DNA of 64,000 nt from Laetmonice hystrix. Lineage: Eukaryota. The notes under the pieces were generated by a model. It was not told the origin of the DNA. It searched no databases and saw nothing but the letters and a program-made list of their open reading frames with translations. The stretch covers positions 22,632,001 through 22,696,000 of the forward strand of contig OZ249436.1 of assembly GCA_965235115.1 (NCBI GenBank), read 5' to 3'. The position numbers were made by a program, and so were the translations under genes. Positions 36,601-50,475 of the stretch are shown here, one piece after another; position 1 is the stretch's first letter; every line of letters starts with the position of its first letter.

Positions 36601-39600
36601 TAGAGTTAAGGTTAAGGGTAGGGTTAGTAGTAGTTCCATTCTTCCAGCGAAGGCGACTTCCCGCCAGGGCAACGTTAATAGCCTGGGACAGGGGGGCTGG
36701 AGGGGTGTGGGGAGGTTTGGTTGAAAAGGAACAATTTATGGGTTAGAGTTAAGGTCATGGTCAGCAATAGTTCCAATCTCCGGGCAAACCCGATTTCCCG
36801 CCGGGGTGACGTTAAAATCCTGGGCCTGGTTGGGGGGTGGGGTGTTGGAGGGGTGTCGGGAAGATTGGCCAATATGGAAATAATTATTGTGGGGTTAGAG
36901 TTAATGTTAAGGTTAGGGTGGGTAGTAGTTCCAATCTCCCAGTGAACCCGACTTCCCGCCAGGGCTAAGTTAATAGCCTGGGCCAGGTGGGGGGGGGGGA
37001 GGTGCTGGAGGGGTGTGAGGAGGTTTGGCCGATATAGAAACAATTCGTGGGGTTAGAGTTAAGGTTAGGGTTAGAGTTAGTATAGTAGTTCCAATCTCCC
37101 GGCGAAGCCGACTTCCCGTTAGGGGCCACGTTAACAGCTTGGGACAGAGGTGTACATGTGTGGGTGGCGGGGGCTGGAGGGGTGTGGGGAGGTTTGAGCG
37201 ATATGGAAACAATTAATGGGGTTAGAGTTAAGGTTAGGGTTAGGGTTAGTAATATAGGGTGACCAAAAAAACAACCCATACTAAGCCTTCTAAAATCTGT
37301 AACTCTTCATATAATTTGTTCAGTTTGTTCAGATTTGGTATGCCTTATTATGATATGCCTGCTGTCCTTGCACAGTTTTATTCAATTCTAATTCAATTCC
37401 TGGTTCGGATTTTATGCCCTGTTAAAAATATGCTCCAAATGTACACCAGGGCATTGTAAGCACACTTGAATTCTTCGTGTGGAGAGTTGTCAATCACACG
37501 AACACATTCCTCACGTGGTGTTGCTCGGTATTCTCCTTGTTATGGTTGTCTTCAGCTGGTCAATTGTCTGAGAATTCTTTCCCCCACCAGATGAGGTCTT
37601 TCAAAGACCATTATATTCAGTTAAGTGCACAGTTTGGGTCGCCATCTCCAAGCATGTGATAATCGGCCCAGCTTTTGGAGAGCTTTGGGTCAGTGAAGAG
37701 GCATAACAAGGGATGAACAATTGTTCCAGCAAGATGGGACAACTCCCGACACTGCCAGTAAGACACTACAGTGGATGCGAGAGAGATTTGAGGACAGTCT
37801 CATGAGTAGGAGGTGTGACATTGAGTGGGCGGCACACTTACCTGACTTGAACCCCCCAGATTTTTATCTCTGGGGTTACTTGGAAGACAGTGTGTATATG
37901 AACAATCCTGAGACAATTGACCAGCTGAAGACAACCATAACAAGGACAATACCGAGTAACACCGTGTAAGGAATGTGTGCGTGTCATTGACAACTTCGCC
38001 CGCAGAATGCTTACAACACTGCGGGGACATTTAGAGCATATTTTAACAGGGCATAAAATTAGAACCATGAATTGGAATTGACTAAAACTGTGCAAGGACA
38101 TTGGGCATATATCATAATTGAGGCATATCAAATCTGAACAAAATCTATGGAGAGTTACAGAGTTTAGAAGGCTTGCTATGGGTTCTGGTTTTTTTGGGGG
38201 TCACCCTGTAGTTTCAATCTCCCGGCGAAGCCGACTACCGACCAGGGCCACGTTAATAGCTTGGGGCAGGGGGGCTGGAGGGGTGTGGGGAGCTTTGGCC
38301 GATAGGGAACAATTTGTGGGTTAGAGTTAAGGTTAAGGTTAGGGTTAGCGAACCCGACTTCCCATCCTGCCTAAAATGAACAGCCTGATCAAAGAGCTGG
38401 TAGCGCCTGAAAAACGAGGGGAATTCAGGCCAACTTATCTCGAGCACCTTCGCCTTGTGGCTGGTTAGGCAGTCAACTCCTTGGCTGCTAATTGCAGTAA
38501 ACTTCTATTTTGAAGTTTTTGTACAATTATGAGTAAAGGTGCTGACACATAATAGATTATCTATTTCTGAGAAACCTGAGTGTAGAACTCACAGAAAACG
38601 TATACCGTTGAAAATCAAATTAGTGTTAGGTAAAGGTCAACGACCTTGTTCTGATACAGCACAATCTAATTAGAATGAAATCTTAGGTATTTCGCATGCG
38701 CTCCATACTAGGATCTAACGGCATCCCGTATGGGGTCACCTCAGGCTGCCCTTTGACCTAGATTCCAGTGTGCCGTTGAAAATGCCTACGAGCACACACC
38801 GAAGATTTCGTAGGCGACTCGCTGATTGGCTGAATCCAGAGGTCAACCTGAGGTGACCCCTAATGGGATTTCCTTAGATCTAGGTAGCCCATGGAGCGCA
38901 GACAGCACTGACACAGCCGAGGGAGATGCGGAATAGGCCTACCAAGATCTAATTTCAATTAGATTGGATACAGCAGTGACGTAACAAGGATACATTCATA
39001 TAATATTATATGAATATTATCGCTAGCCTTCATTTCCATGTTGTTACCTGGACTACTCCCTGGCCGCCTGGGAGAGCCAAATAACATTGGGTCAACAGAC
39101 CTCGAGTGATAGCTGACTATACACAGCCAGGCTATATAAATTAGACAGCGCCAGACCATGCCCATCACTCAGAGATCCGTCGCCCAATGTTAGGGTAGTA
39201 AGAACTCATCAAGACACCAGTAGTTGAAAATCTGGATAGAAGAACTACTCCATCACCACAGGGGATTTCGTTTATTCGGTAAAATAGTCAGCCTTATATA
39301 TGAATTTATGTTGTTTATTGTATACATCTAACAGATTCTATTGGGATTCATTAACATTCTTCTAGCTTCAAACTATCAATTATTCTCTGGGGTATAACGG
39401 TCGTGTTGGTAGTTAAAGCGCCAACATCTACAACTAGCTTTGGTCCTATGACGATAAATCACCCTGGCTGACGTAGGATATGACATAATTTCTAATTAGT
39501 CACAGACCTTGTGACTGACTCTTACATTATGGGGGAGGGGGTTAATCTGGACGGAACTGGATTGATATGATGTATGTTAGCCAGTGAAGGGAACACCAGA

Positions 39601-40584
39601 GTATGATGTTTATCTAAGCCAAGCGGCCGCATCCATCGCTACCAGCGTTGCACTGATAAGGGGTCACAGGCAGCATTATAGCTTCTATTGAAAATATATA
39701 ATCGAATACACTCTGCACATAATTACCTATAAAGTTTAACGTGATATTAGCTATAAAGTATAACTTCTAACTCTAATCCTAGCAATGTGCACACACTATC
39801 CCCAGGCTTCGTGGCGTCGACTGTCCATGTAGGGGCGGATCCAGGGGTGGGGGGATTTGCTTAAGGCGGTTGGCATGGTCAATTCAGAATTCAGTCAATG
39901 GTCAATTCAGAAAGGCATGGTCAATTCAGAAAGTTTCAAAAGTTCAATGGAGAAAAAAACCGAAATGCTTGCCTTATGCGTGGGGGGTTTAATTCCACAA
40001 TTCCACTATATCCCCTCCCCCCCCCCCCGATCCACCACTGCCATGCATGCTACAAACACGTTTCGCTCGGAGTATATCAATGGCTGCTGTGACCAAAGTG
40101 TCACTAGTGTCGGCTGTCGGTAACCACTGGGGGGTCCAGGGGGGCCCAAGGGGCCCGCCCCCCCCCTTAAATTTTCCTTTCCCCAACTTTTTTTTTTAAG
40201 AAGATGCATTATTTGGTCTCCTATATTGTATGTGATAGTCACATCGGGCCCAAAATTTGGACATCCTCAGTCATGCAGGAGCAACATAGGCCAAACAGCA
40301 TTGAAATAGACCAAAAGGGGCCCAAAATGGCCACAATCATAATAACATCATGCCGAGCGTAGTGAGGCTAATTTTTTTTTAGGTGGGCCCCCCCTTATCA
40401 AAATCCTGGATCCTCCAATGGTAACGATGCGTACTACGAAAAAATATACACAAAAAAACTCTATATACCAAATATAGCAATATACTCCCCCCCCCAAAAA
40501 AAAAAAAAAAATATTAGATCATGACATTGTGTTCCATCTATTCATGGGCCTACATATACATGTATAGGCGAAATTAAAGCATTG

Positions 40585-41040
40585 TGTAGAAAATAGAGGA
40601 ACGTTCAGATATTTCTTATGCACCTTTATTATTTATAACATCCATTATGTACGCCTCTTTATTATAGCATCATTTATGTATCTTATTGTAACCTTTATTA
40701 CTTATTCACCACTAATACTGATGCGTAGAGTTGGTTCTAGAAATGTACCAACTCTAAGAAATGTACTCCATGGCCGGACGCCGGATGTACTTCTTGCCAG
40801 CCTGGCTTATCCCGATCTCTGCAGAGGCGGTGTGGCAGATAACGCCAATTAAATCCTAGCACCGCCATCTGGAGAGGGGAGGAGCAGGCTGCCGGCGGTC
40901 CGACCACTATACTTTAATATATACTGTAGAATAAACGCTCGGTAGATCTTCGCCAGCTGCCAAACAAGCAAGATCTCTCTCTCTGTTTTCTGGCTGTCGA
41001 AAGCCGCGCATTCAACGCTTGGAATGGGCGGTTTTCTTCA
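40585..41040 (+). mobile_element. Probable solo LTR (456 bp)
   Basis: TGTAGAAAA...TTTTCTTCA ends, internal AATAAA near 40930; absent from the homologous sites at 27676, 31470 and 35280; imperfect ATATG TSD. Confidence 0.65.
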
Positions 41041-44000
41041 ATATGAATTATTCAGTGTATTCATACTCTGGTTTCTCTTCATCCACGCATAAATCTTTTA
41101 TCTTTTACTAAAGATTTCCATTCCGATTTGAAGAATACGGAGCATTTTGGGTTGATTTGGTTACGATGAATCACTCATTAGCTTTTGGTGGTTTTCTCTT
41201 TCTGGAGTCGTAGGTTGGCCAGTAGCCTATAAATACCCTTGAGACCGGGTCATAATAGGTCATTAGGTTCATAGGCTGGCCTTTTTTCAGACTCTGTGGC
41301 GACCCGGAATATAATAGTTTATATAGCTTATAGCAGGCGCGTCAGAGTAGGGGGGGCAGGGGGGGCAGTTGCCCCCCCCCCCCCCCCACTTTTTCCTACA
41401 CCAAAAAAAAAGTGAGCGATAATGACGTGTCAACAAAATCGACTTTTATCGCGTTGTAACGCAACATCTCGTGACCTACTTCGGCGCCCTATAGTTCGCT
41501 TGACGATTTCAACGTCACAAGCTCATTGTGACGTAACAGGATCACTGTAGCAGTGGCAGTCGCGGTGCTCTGTGTGAGCTCCCCCGTCTTTCAGTCGTGT
41601 GCAACTTGCGATTCCTTGCGACTGATGCCGTTGCAAGGAAACACGTTTCATCGCTCTGTCTGAGCCCGCCATAAAGGAACCTATAGAGTCTATCCATTGA
41701 AAATCAAAAGGAAAGGGCAGAAAGCCTAATTGAGAGGAGCGCAGTTTTTGTGGACCGAGGTAACCCTATCCTGTGGGATGACTTTGCAGGGCCCTTGGCA
41801 GAATTATTCGATTTGAAGGAGGTGCTCTTTTTGGCCAGTGTTGGGCGGGGTGACGAGGAGCACATTACCCTGATAAAGACAGCCCTCTCAACAAGCGATG
41901 GTTTTTGTGTGAGGGCGACTGTTTCCCAGTTGTGCGGGTGCATTGGAACATCTATACCTAAAACTAGTTGCAGGTCGTGCCGGAAATGTTGGAGGTCCAT
42001 GGAGATATCGTCTCTGAATTCCCACGCTGAGGTTCAGTGCTGCGCGCCTCTCACAGGCAACGGAGGCAAATTCAAACCCCTGCTAATTATCATGTTTTAG
42101 CTTCGGTCCGAGTTTTAGTTAACAAAAATCATCATACTGCACTATTGTAGAAACAGTGGGTTTTCATATATATGTCAATAGGTGACTATAGGGGACAGGT
42201 AAGTGTCAAAGATACTAAATGATGTCAGTTTAAGGTTAGTAGTAGTTCCATGCTCTGTCAATATCTGAGGAATATAAACTGTTGTTGCTCTTCAACAGGA
42301 GGTACGGTCACTCCAAGCTGAAAACTCACGGCGACACGATAGCCTCCTTGCCACTGAAGCGGCGCACAGCAAGAAGATTAACCTAATCCTCTTGAACATT
42401 CCAGAGGAGAAAGGCGAAGCTAAAGACCAGCTGAGAGCCAAGCTGGTTGATATTATTAGCTCACTCGATGTTGACCTCAACAGGATGTATATACTCCTTA
42501 TTCACGCCGCGGCCATTTTGAAACGAAATCGAGGCTCGGAACGCAAACACAGCTGGAGCAGAGCGTGAGGCTCAGTTGGACGCGTCTATAACGTTTGGAC
42601 AAAGAACCTGGAGAATGTTCCTGAAATTAGTCGTAAAATCGTTAATAAATGGGAAACTGGCACCGCTAGACTACCTCAGGCTACCCAGTAAAAGGGTTAC
42701 AGCAACTTTATTGAAGGTTACATCTAGACGGTAGACGGTAAGTTCTTCTATTATCGCTCAACACAGTGTTTGACTGTCACTGTCAGTGTCAAGCTAAAGA
42801 CGCAAAGAAAATTATACTAAATGACTTAGACGCTACCCAGAGGCAAGCGCAGTTTTATCTACCTATTATAGCCTAGCTACTAGGGCCTACGCCACGGCCT
42901 AAGTCAGACCAAAGAATAAAGAGAAATCTTCCCTAATCCGCACCCGGCCGGTGGACTTGCCACGCTAACGTTCTGCCTTAGTGCCGGTGTCGCGGTCTCA
43001 GATCTCCGTGGTCTCAGATCTCCGGGAAGTTAGCTGCATCGCCGTGTGTTCTAGTCTAACTATCCGAAATATCAGCTCTCAGTTGAGTCACACGTAATAA
43101 CTCTCATCTCCTCTACGATACTTGGTTTACAGTTTACCTATCCAGACTGTCCTTTAGTCTTGTTTGGAAGAAAACTCCACCGCCCATCAGGTAGCAGACG
43201 ACCGGAGGTGTGAGCCCAAACAGCGACTCGCGCGTGCTCACTTAGTCAGATTCAGCATCTAAACAATAGGAAACCATGCCCCCGGAGTTCTGAGACCAAC
43301 GGAGATCTGAGACCGCGACACCGGCACCCGGCCCGTGGTGACCTGCCGCCGCAGCTGACGGTGAGCCTCGCCCGAGCCACATCGGTCCGACATCAGATCA
43401 TCTAGATCTAGACATGGGCCGAGGTCACCATGGGCCGAGTTCGCCAGTAGCCAGTAGGTACCCCAGGTCACATTGTTCTTAAAGCAGTAAAGGCTAAAGC
43501 CATAATTATGCTGTCTCATTGAAGTGCAAATTAAACGGTAATTAGTAATACCAAATTATTATTGCTGTTTTGTTTAAATCTTTTCTTTGCATAATTGCAG
43601 CAGTGCCCTCTACATGCGACAGCGGGGCCCTCCTGCGTGGAAAGTATTCAAGCACACTTCTTGAGTCCGTCTGTAGGGATAGCTAGCACCCCTCAATTCT
43701 GTTGAACACGCCAACACCTGAAGACCGACCAGTGCATTGAAGCCGGGAATCATGCGTCGATAGCACATTACGCCATTTTGGCTGGGATCCTGGGGTTGAC
43801 TGAACCGATCCTTGGAATAATTATTTGAATTACCATGGGCATTTTGTATGCATTTTCAGAAATATAAAATTAAGTAAAATTTGGACATAGGACATTCAAG
43901 GACATAATTTAAAGCTACAGCTTTAGTGATTGTGGAACTATAGCAAACGCTGATTTTTGTGTGTCTCCACCGCTTGTGATTGTAATATAATTATTGCAAG

Positions 44001-44165
44001 TAATTGGCTGCCTCTGTGTTGTTCTTTCTGGTATGCAATAACCCCTAAAGATCTTTGGGTACCGTAACAATTTTCTTTCTAAGATTACAGGTGTCGGGTA
44101 GATAACCCACATCATTTTTTCTATTAAATTCTTACAGGCCTCTCAGCACCAAGTGACAACTTTAA

Positions 44166-44585
44166 TAGAGCCAGTCAATTTCCGCGATCACGGAATCGCG
44201 GACGGAATCGCGGAATTTACTATTTGAAACGGAATTTCCTATCTGAAACGGAATTTCCAGTGTAAAACGGAAAATCACGGAAAACGTTTTTTTTACTACT
44301 GGTAATTCCCCAGTCGACCGTAGGCCTATAGGCCTACAGTGTAGCTGGGACCTAGGTTGGCCTGACTGGACCCGCTAGAGGAGTGGGGTGGGAGGGTCAT
44401 GAATATGCTCGAGCTCTTCTTAGAGCAAACAGACTGGACTCGCAAATGTGACAGGTGCGCAGATATGGTTGTGCATTTTTTAGGGCACCCTCTATACTGA
44501 GAAAATACTAAAACGGAAAAAAACGGAATTTTAAAAATTCAAAACGGAATTTCCTGGCAAGGATCACGGAATTTGACTGGGTCTA
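44166..44585. mobile_element. hAT-like MITE with 6-bp TSD
   Basis: TAGAGCCAGTCAATTTCCG.../...CGGAATTTGACTGGGTCTA, flanked by CTTTAA on both sides; aaacgga subterminal repeats. Confidence 0.65.
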
Positions 44586-45355
44586 CTTTAAAAGAGCCCC
44601 GAAGGCACAAAGCCTCCAGCAGGGGGTCTAGGAGCTCTCCCCCAGAAAAAGATAAAAATTAAAGTGCCAAATACGCGTTTTCCTGGAATCTAGGAACAAA
44701 ATCCAAGGTCTTGGAGATAAACCTGATAGACGGACAGGTAAAAAAGATGCGGCACAACATCTTGTTGAAGAAATAGAGGACATAGAGAACATTATTGTAT
44801 AAAAGAGGGCAAGAGGACTGATTTACAAAATAGAGGATTTAGAGGACATCTGGGAGGCCTGTTCTTATTGACTGATGTGTCGGACAGATAACCCACCTCA
44901 TTTTTAAGATTTGCCTAGATATGTCTTTAGAATAACCCATGTCTTTTTTTTTAAATTTCCCCCAAGTATATAGGCCTACACTTTTTTTCAAATAAAAATT
45001 CTCCCGATCAAAAGTAATTTTTCTTCAGTACACTTTAGGCCTAATGAAAAACGGGTGTGAAACCCACCTCATTTAAAAAAAAAGTCTCCGTAGGCCTATA
45101 GATGAGAGGGTGTAATTCTCTTTTTAGTTGCCTATTATTGGTGTAAAAAAAATTCAAGACCGACAGTTCTGAGAGTCTCAGACCCACATTTCTTTTATTC
45201 AGGCTAATAGAGTTTCCACATTCAGAGATGAAATTCATTTGCCACAACCGATAAAACACCCGGTCCGATTTTTGAGTAATTAAATTTTTATGTTGGTGAT
45301 ATATTTATTATGTGCATCCCACATTAGATGAGTGCCTCTGCATCCGAGTCCATCA

Positions 45356-45510
45356 GGGGCCCGTCTTACTAAGGTCTGGTTATTAACGATATCGTTAAGT
45401 TATTATAGAAGTGAATGGGAGGCCACTAGTTAATAACCAGTCGGGCTCTCATTGGCTCCTATGTAATTTAACAATATCGTTAATAACCAGACCTTAGTAA
45501 GACGGGCCCC
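45356..45510. mobile_element. Harbinger-like palindromic MITE truncating the THAP-transposase
   Basis: ggggcccgtcttactaaggtctggttattaacgatat and its reverse complement. Confidence 0.75.
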
Positions 45511-47436
45511 TGATCGTTGTTGCTGTTGGTTGTAAAGCCGCAAAAACAGCCTTAAGTGTTTCATAATTTTTAAAACCAGTATAAAAGTTTATGGCCTGTG
45601 GATCAGTGGAGAATCTTTCAATAAAGAAGATTCTGTTTGGCATCTCTTCAACCTTCTGTTCAAGCCTTTGGATTTCAGCTTCTGTCACTGAAAGTTTTTC
45701 TCCACTGGATGTTGGAGGTGAGGAATAATGATGATCAGGCGTTGCTGCTGTGTGTCCTCGACTGATGCTTCAGGTGCACTTCCAGCACTCGACCCTACGT
45801 GTTGGGGTTTTCTTTATCCGATGGAATATACTGGGTATTGCACCAGGCTTCAGTCTAGTGAGACAGAGTTTTAAGAAAATCCTCGGGCAGAAAATGAACA
45901 GAACATACCCGTGTTGACTCAGACAGCTGAAAAATAAAGCGAAACAATAAATGTTTAGGTCTAAAGAAAATAAATTGGCTTTTGTCCATACCAGTGGAAG
46001 TCTAAGAAAGTAAGAAATCACCCAAGGCCAAGCAAACCCCTTCACATGTAATCATTCGGGAATCCTCGGCCATATCTTTGAAAGTAGCCTCGGGTGAAAT
46101 AGGTGCCATTTTGAGCATTGCATCGCGGGTACATTTAGCCGTGACTCTCGACAGCATGGCAGTGCTTGCAGTATTTTGTCTGCATCAGGCATGGAAGCAA
46201 CTAAAATAGGCCTACAATGCTTTCCCCGAAGTCAGTGGGCAATATTACAATAGTATCATGTCATGATACAACTTAAATTACAACATGATTACAATTAGTC
46301 CTACCATGTGTCGGGCCAGTGTCGTGCATGGGCGCGGCCATATTGCTTCCCAGAATTTGATAAATTACCGTATTGACGCCCATTTAGGTAAACTGGGTGA
46401 TTCATTTTTCTTCTTCAAACGTTCCCCTTCATACCAGAAATTTATATTTGCACATACAACGCCGAAGGAGCAGGTGTCAATAATGCACTACTTCCTGGCT
46501 CGATGGGATATGACGGTTCACTCAGTGCCTCGCTACACACCTCCATTTGGCCGTGTATCTGGTTGCCAAACATGGCCGCTATTCCACCCGAGGGTATATT
46601 CGAATAGCAGGAAGTGACGTCATATGCCCGAGGGAGTCCCTGGGAATGAATTACTAGCCAGAATGTACCAGTGAGAACGTTCCGTTTCTGTGACAGGACT
46701 ACTATTAAAGATTTACCACATTATATAAATTAATAGGGCAGTGGGTGAGCGAGTGGTGATTTAACGCCACGTCAGCTACCGCTAAGGCCATGACATGGTG
46801 AGAACAAGTTGACAGCAGGATAACAAATTCAACCCAAAACTTTAGGTGGAATAAAGAACAAAAGTGTCAGGGTTACTTAATTATACTGCTTGACTACTTG
46901 ACACCAAACTCGCTCACCACAAAGCCTTCTACTGTTCTAGTCAAAGGACAGGACACGCAGGTTGGCTGATGGCCTGGCTGTGCTAGGTCAGGTGAGGAAT
47001 TGTAACTAGGTCTCTAGTAGGTGGGTGATACATTACAAGCACAAACCCTATTGCGACTAGGATAGTCTGCATTCTGTTATTTCTTGTAGTGCCAGGGTAC
47101 CCGCGACCACTGCCCCTCGGAATAGGTTTTAGAACTTTAAGTTTCACGCCAGTATGACAATCAGATACAATCAGATGACAGCCGCCAGCTGATGTTTACA
47201 ATGACAGGCCTAAGCCCAATACCCAAATTCACGTATTATCGTTCATGTCGCCACCCCATAACAAACAGATTTAGCTTCGTTACCTTGAAGTTACGTCCAA
47301 TATCTCTTCTTATTTTCACATTCCATGTCTTTCGGAGTTGGTTGCCTTTCGGAAGACGATGAAATGTTAAGATTTTCTCCTTCTCATGGCTTGAACCGTT
47401 AGCGCAGGACGGCACTCAGCATTGATACGCCGCCAT
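45511..47436 (-). pseudogene. THAP-domain transposase pseudogene (exons 47436-47284 and 45926-45511)
   Basis: MAAYQC*VPSC...FHRLPK...W...IRRD...FK, GT-AG intron, LSESTRVCSVHFLPEDF...RLKPGAIPSIF (C2CH THAP), then DHHYS and INFYTGF; contains a stop and frameshifts. Confidence 0.8.
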
Positions 47437-47506
47437 GTGTAGTTGACAAGTGTTTGCGTTCCGAGCCTCGTTTTCAGTTCAAATGGCGCGCGGCGTGAAT
47501 AAGGTC

Positions 47507-48324
47507 TATTAATGATCTTCTTCGCCTTGGTGGCTCTCTGGGGAAGACCAGACCTGTCATTATCGCTTTTGTGAGTCGCCTTGACCGTGACATGATCTGG
47601 TATCGTCGCCACATCCTGAAACAAAAAAACTCTAATGTGATAATTAAGGAGCACTTTCCCCGTGAAGTTGAAAACAACATTCGTCCACTTCTCCCTGTCC
47701 GCCGTGCCACCATTGACCGAGGTCTACCAACCAAGATGGTGGCTGACAAATTGATTATTAGTGCTCAAGCATATAGGCCTACGGTTAAAAACCTACACCT
47801 CCTCCCAGATCTGCTCCAACCACAGAATCTGGCTACAAGAACCATCGACAATTAGATCTACACCTTCTTCTATTCTTCAGCTTCCCCTCTTAGCACCTTC
47901 TATAGCGCCGAGTTCATTGTTGAAGGCGTCCACTTTGCCAATGGAGAACAATACATACAACACAAAAAAGCCATTAGGTTCAATGATCAGAAGTCTGCTG
48001 ACAACATCATGAAACTGAAAACTCCCAGTGCTGCCAAAGCCGCGAGTCACAAAATCAAGAACCGTTCAACCTCTCTGACTGGGCAAACTGCGGAAGACCT
48101 GGTCCATCAGGGTCTCCTTGAAAAGTTCAAACAGAACCGGAATGCCAGAGATTTCATTCTGAAAACCGGTACCAACATTCTCGTGGAGGCACTCCGAACG
48201 ACAAACTTTGGGATAGGCCCTAGGCCCTATCGAGAGAAGCTTTAATGACCAAAGGATCAACGGGGGCCACAACCTTATGGGCAGAATCCTCACGGGGATC
48301 CGGGACAGACTCCACACAAACTGA
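47507..48324 (+). pseudogene. ORF1-NADAR C-terminal part (copy B)
   Basis: ...VIIKEHFPREV...TIDN*(footprint)YTFFYSSASPLS...GEQYIQHKKAIRFND...GLLEKFKQN...ILKTGTNILVEA...GHNLMGRILTGIRDRLHTN*. Confidence 0.85.
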
Positions 48325-48420
48325 GTAGCCTTATGTTCAACACAGAACACTGCTATACTGGTTTTTCCTTGATATAGACCCCTAAAGCAGGACATCCCGG
48401 CTGCGTCTAGGTATAGGCCT

Positions 48421-49731
48421 GGGTCATTCTCCTGAAAACGTATAAAGTGACGTCACTGCTATTTATATCAGAATATTTCTAGAGAAAATGAACAAGACCA
48501 CTAATTTCGAACGTTATATGATTAATTAATGTCTTTCTTGTAAAAAACACTCTATTTATAGTATATTATGTGGTAATCTAATTTTTTACAGCCACTGAGG
48601 AATCAAAAAATGAGCAAAATCGCTTGTCACTAATGTTGGTCTCCAATGTTGTTTCTTCCTTCAAGCACATTAATAATTAAATGTGCTTGAAGTTACTGAT
48701 ATTTATATAAAAGAATGATGCCTTTAATTAATTTATACAAGAAAAATATTGATCATACACGTTATTCTCTGAAAAATTACACTACAGCGGCCGTCACCGC
48801 ATTTTTTGTCAGTGGTGTTACCAGACACCAGATCTCACATTTGAGATAATAACTGATCCCTGAAGTTCCATTTTTCAACACGAGAGGGCAGTACGACTTC
48901 CTGGCCACAGACACACGTGAAACAGTTAGCGAAGTTTTACAGATTTAAAAAAAAAAAGGAATTATTTTGGTCAAGTCTCTTGAGTATTTTAATTAGGTGT
49001 CAGTAGTGTTACCTTAATATCACCCTTATTATACCAGATATTCTTAAGAAATTACATGTGCAGATTAAGTAAGTGTAGCCCAGTGTCAAAATACAATTAA
49101 CCTTGATGACATGGTCAATGGTCAGGAGCAGTCATTATTTAAACATAAAATGTCAGTGGTGTTACGCGTCAGTGGTGTGACACCTACTGGTAACACCACT
49201 GACATTTAGAGAACAGTCAAGGTTTCTACAGCATGTTAAGTTCTTTTGGATGGTTCAATACTAGATGTTAAGCTGGAAACAAACCGCATGATGCACGACG
49301 CATGCTGTCTGTGATGTTTAAGTCAGTGGTGTTACTTGCCGTCAGTGGTGTTTATGTAATTTGTCAGTGGTGTGACCAGTGATGAAATCACTGCCATAAG
49401 ATCACTTTTTTCAACTACAGGAAATATAGCTATATTTCCTGTCCAGGTGACCTAAGTGGAAAATATTTAGCAACGCACTATTAGAATTCAACATCTTTGC
49501 AGTCAGCATGCACCAAGATTTGCGGGGGTCACACCACTGACAAAAAGGTCATGGGTTAGGAACATTTCCTTCAAAAATTTCAGGGTTGTATGAAGGTGGG
49601 AGCTCAAGTATATATCATTTTAAAATGTTCATATAATGTATGTTTCAGATAATAAAAACGAATTTGATTGGAATAGATTTTTTTTGTTGGTTTTTCGTTT
49701 CGGGTTTTATACGTTTTCAGGAGAATGACCC
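48421..49731. mobile_element. Sola2-like non-autonomous DNA transposon (1311 bp)
   Basis: Perfect 26-bp TIR GGGTCATTCTCCTGAAAACGTATAAA, 4-bp TSD GCCT (48417-48420, 49732-49735), internal gtcagtggtg repeats; absent from copy A. Confidence 0.75.
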
Positions 49732-50475
49732 GCCTATGTGCTCTACCCGGTTCTGATACATCGCCACACTTGTGGTCTGTCTATGGCGTATGGGCATCCT
49801 ATGTATATCTTCTCTACCCGGTTTTATTTATCCACTGCCACCCACGTAGTGTCTATCTTGAGCTTTTTAGGTATATCTAGGCTACTCTACCCGGTTTTTG
49901 ATATATCGCCATACTTATGGACTGTCTATGTGCTTCTCGCACTCTGACATGTGATGACACAATGTTGATACCAGTGCTGGGATGAGCCCATCCCGCACTC
50001 CCAGGAAAGTAGTTCTAATGACGACGCATATCATATGTAAACAAATGCCTCATTGTGCGTCATCAAGTAGTGCCACACACAGATACTCTCACAGAATCTG
50101 TATTTCTCATGATTTATTTTGCATATCATACAGTATTTCTAATAAAAGCTATTAAAAGTGACTTTGCAACGTCGAGAGTGACGGGCGGGTCAAGGAGTTT
50201 TGTTGTCACGTCTTTGCTGGCCTGCTACTGCAACAATGGCACTTGTCCAAAACTATTGTGACGTTACAGTATCCCAGTAATGACAATACGACTGTTCCGT
50301 CATAATATCGTAGTCATTCTAATAGAAACCTAGCCCTGACGTAACAATGGCCCAAAAACCCTATGCGTAGTAATATACATTGCACAATGCTTAACACAAT
50401 GATTAGCTTAGATTAATTTAAGTTAGAAAGGGCTGTTTTTCTCTTGTAATACTGGTTTAAATTGGTAGAAAATGG

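Larger units (their letters stand above)
27617..39260. repeat. Tandem triplication of a roughly 3.8-kb unit (starts 27617, 31395, 35202; partial fourth start 40515)
   Basis: The same ORF set recurs at +3801/+3809. Each unit holds roughly 150-bp G-rich GGGTTAG-containing repeats, a MITE and a DD41D relic. Flanking segments about 26445-27950 and 38967-41320 are direct repeats. Confidence 0.95.
42494..47506 (-). mobile_element. ISL2EU-like DNA transposon relic (about 5 kb) inserted in ORF1 of copy B
   Basis: Imperfect TIRs ccttattcacgccgcg...gaggctcgg at both ends in a TA/AT site; flanks rejoin to RMYINDL. Convergent genes: THAP-transposase on minus and a relic VWTKNLENVPEI...KGYSNFIEGYI on plus (about 42590-42737). 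Confidence 0.75.

Noticed and set aside
48416..49734. Element with TA TSD and GG...CC ends as the source of TAGGCCTA footprints
   Set aside because: The perfect TIR starts at 48421 with a GCCT TSD; the element inserted into a pre-existing TAGGCCTA.
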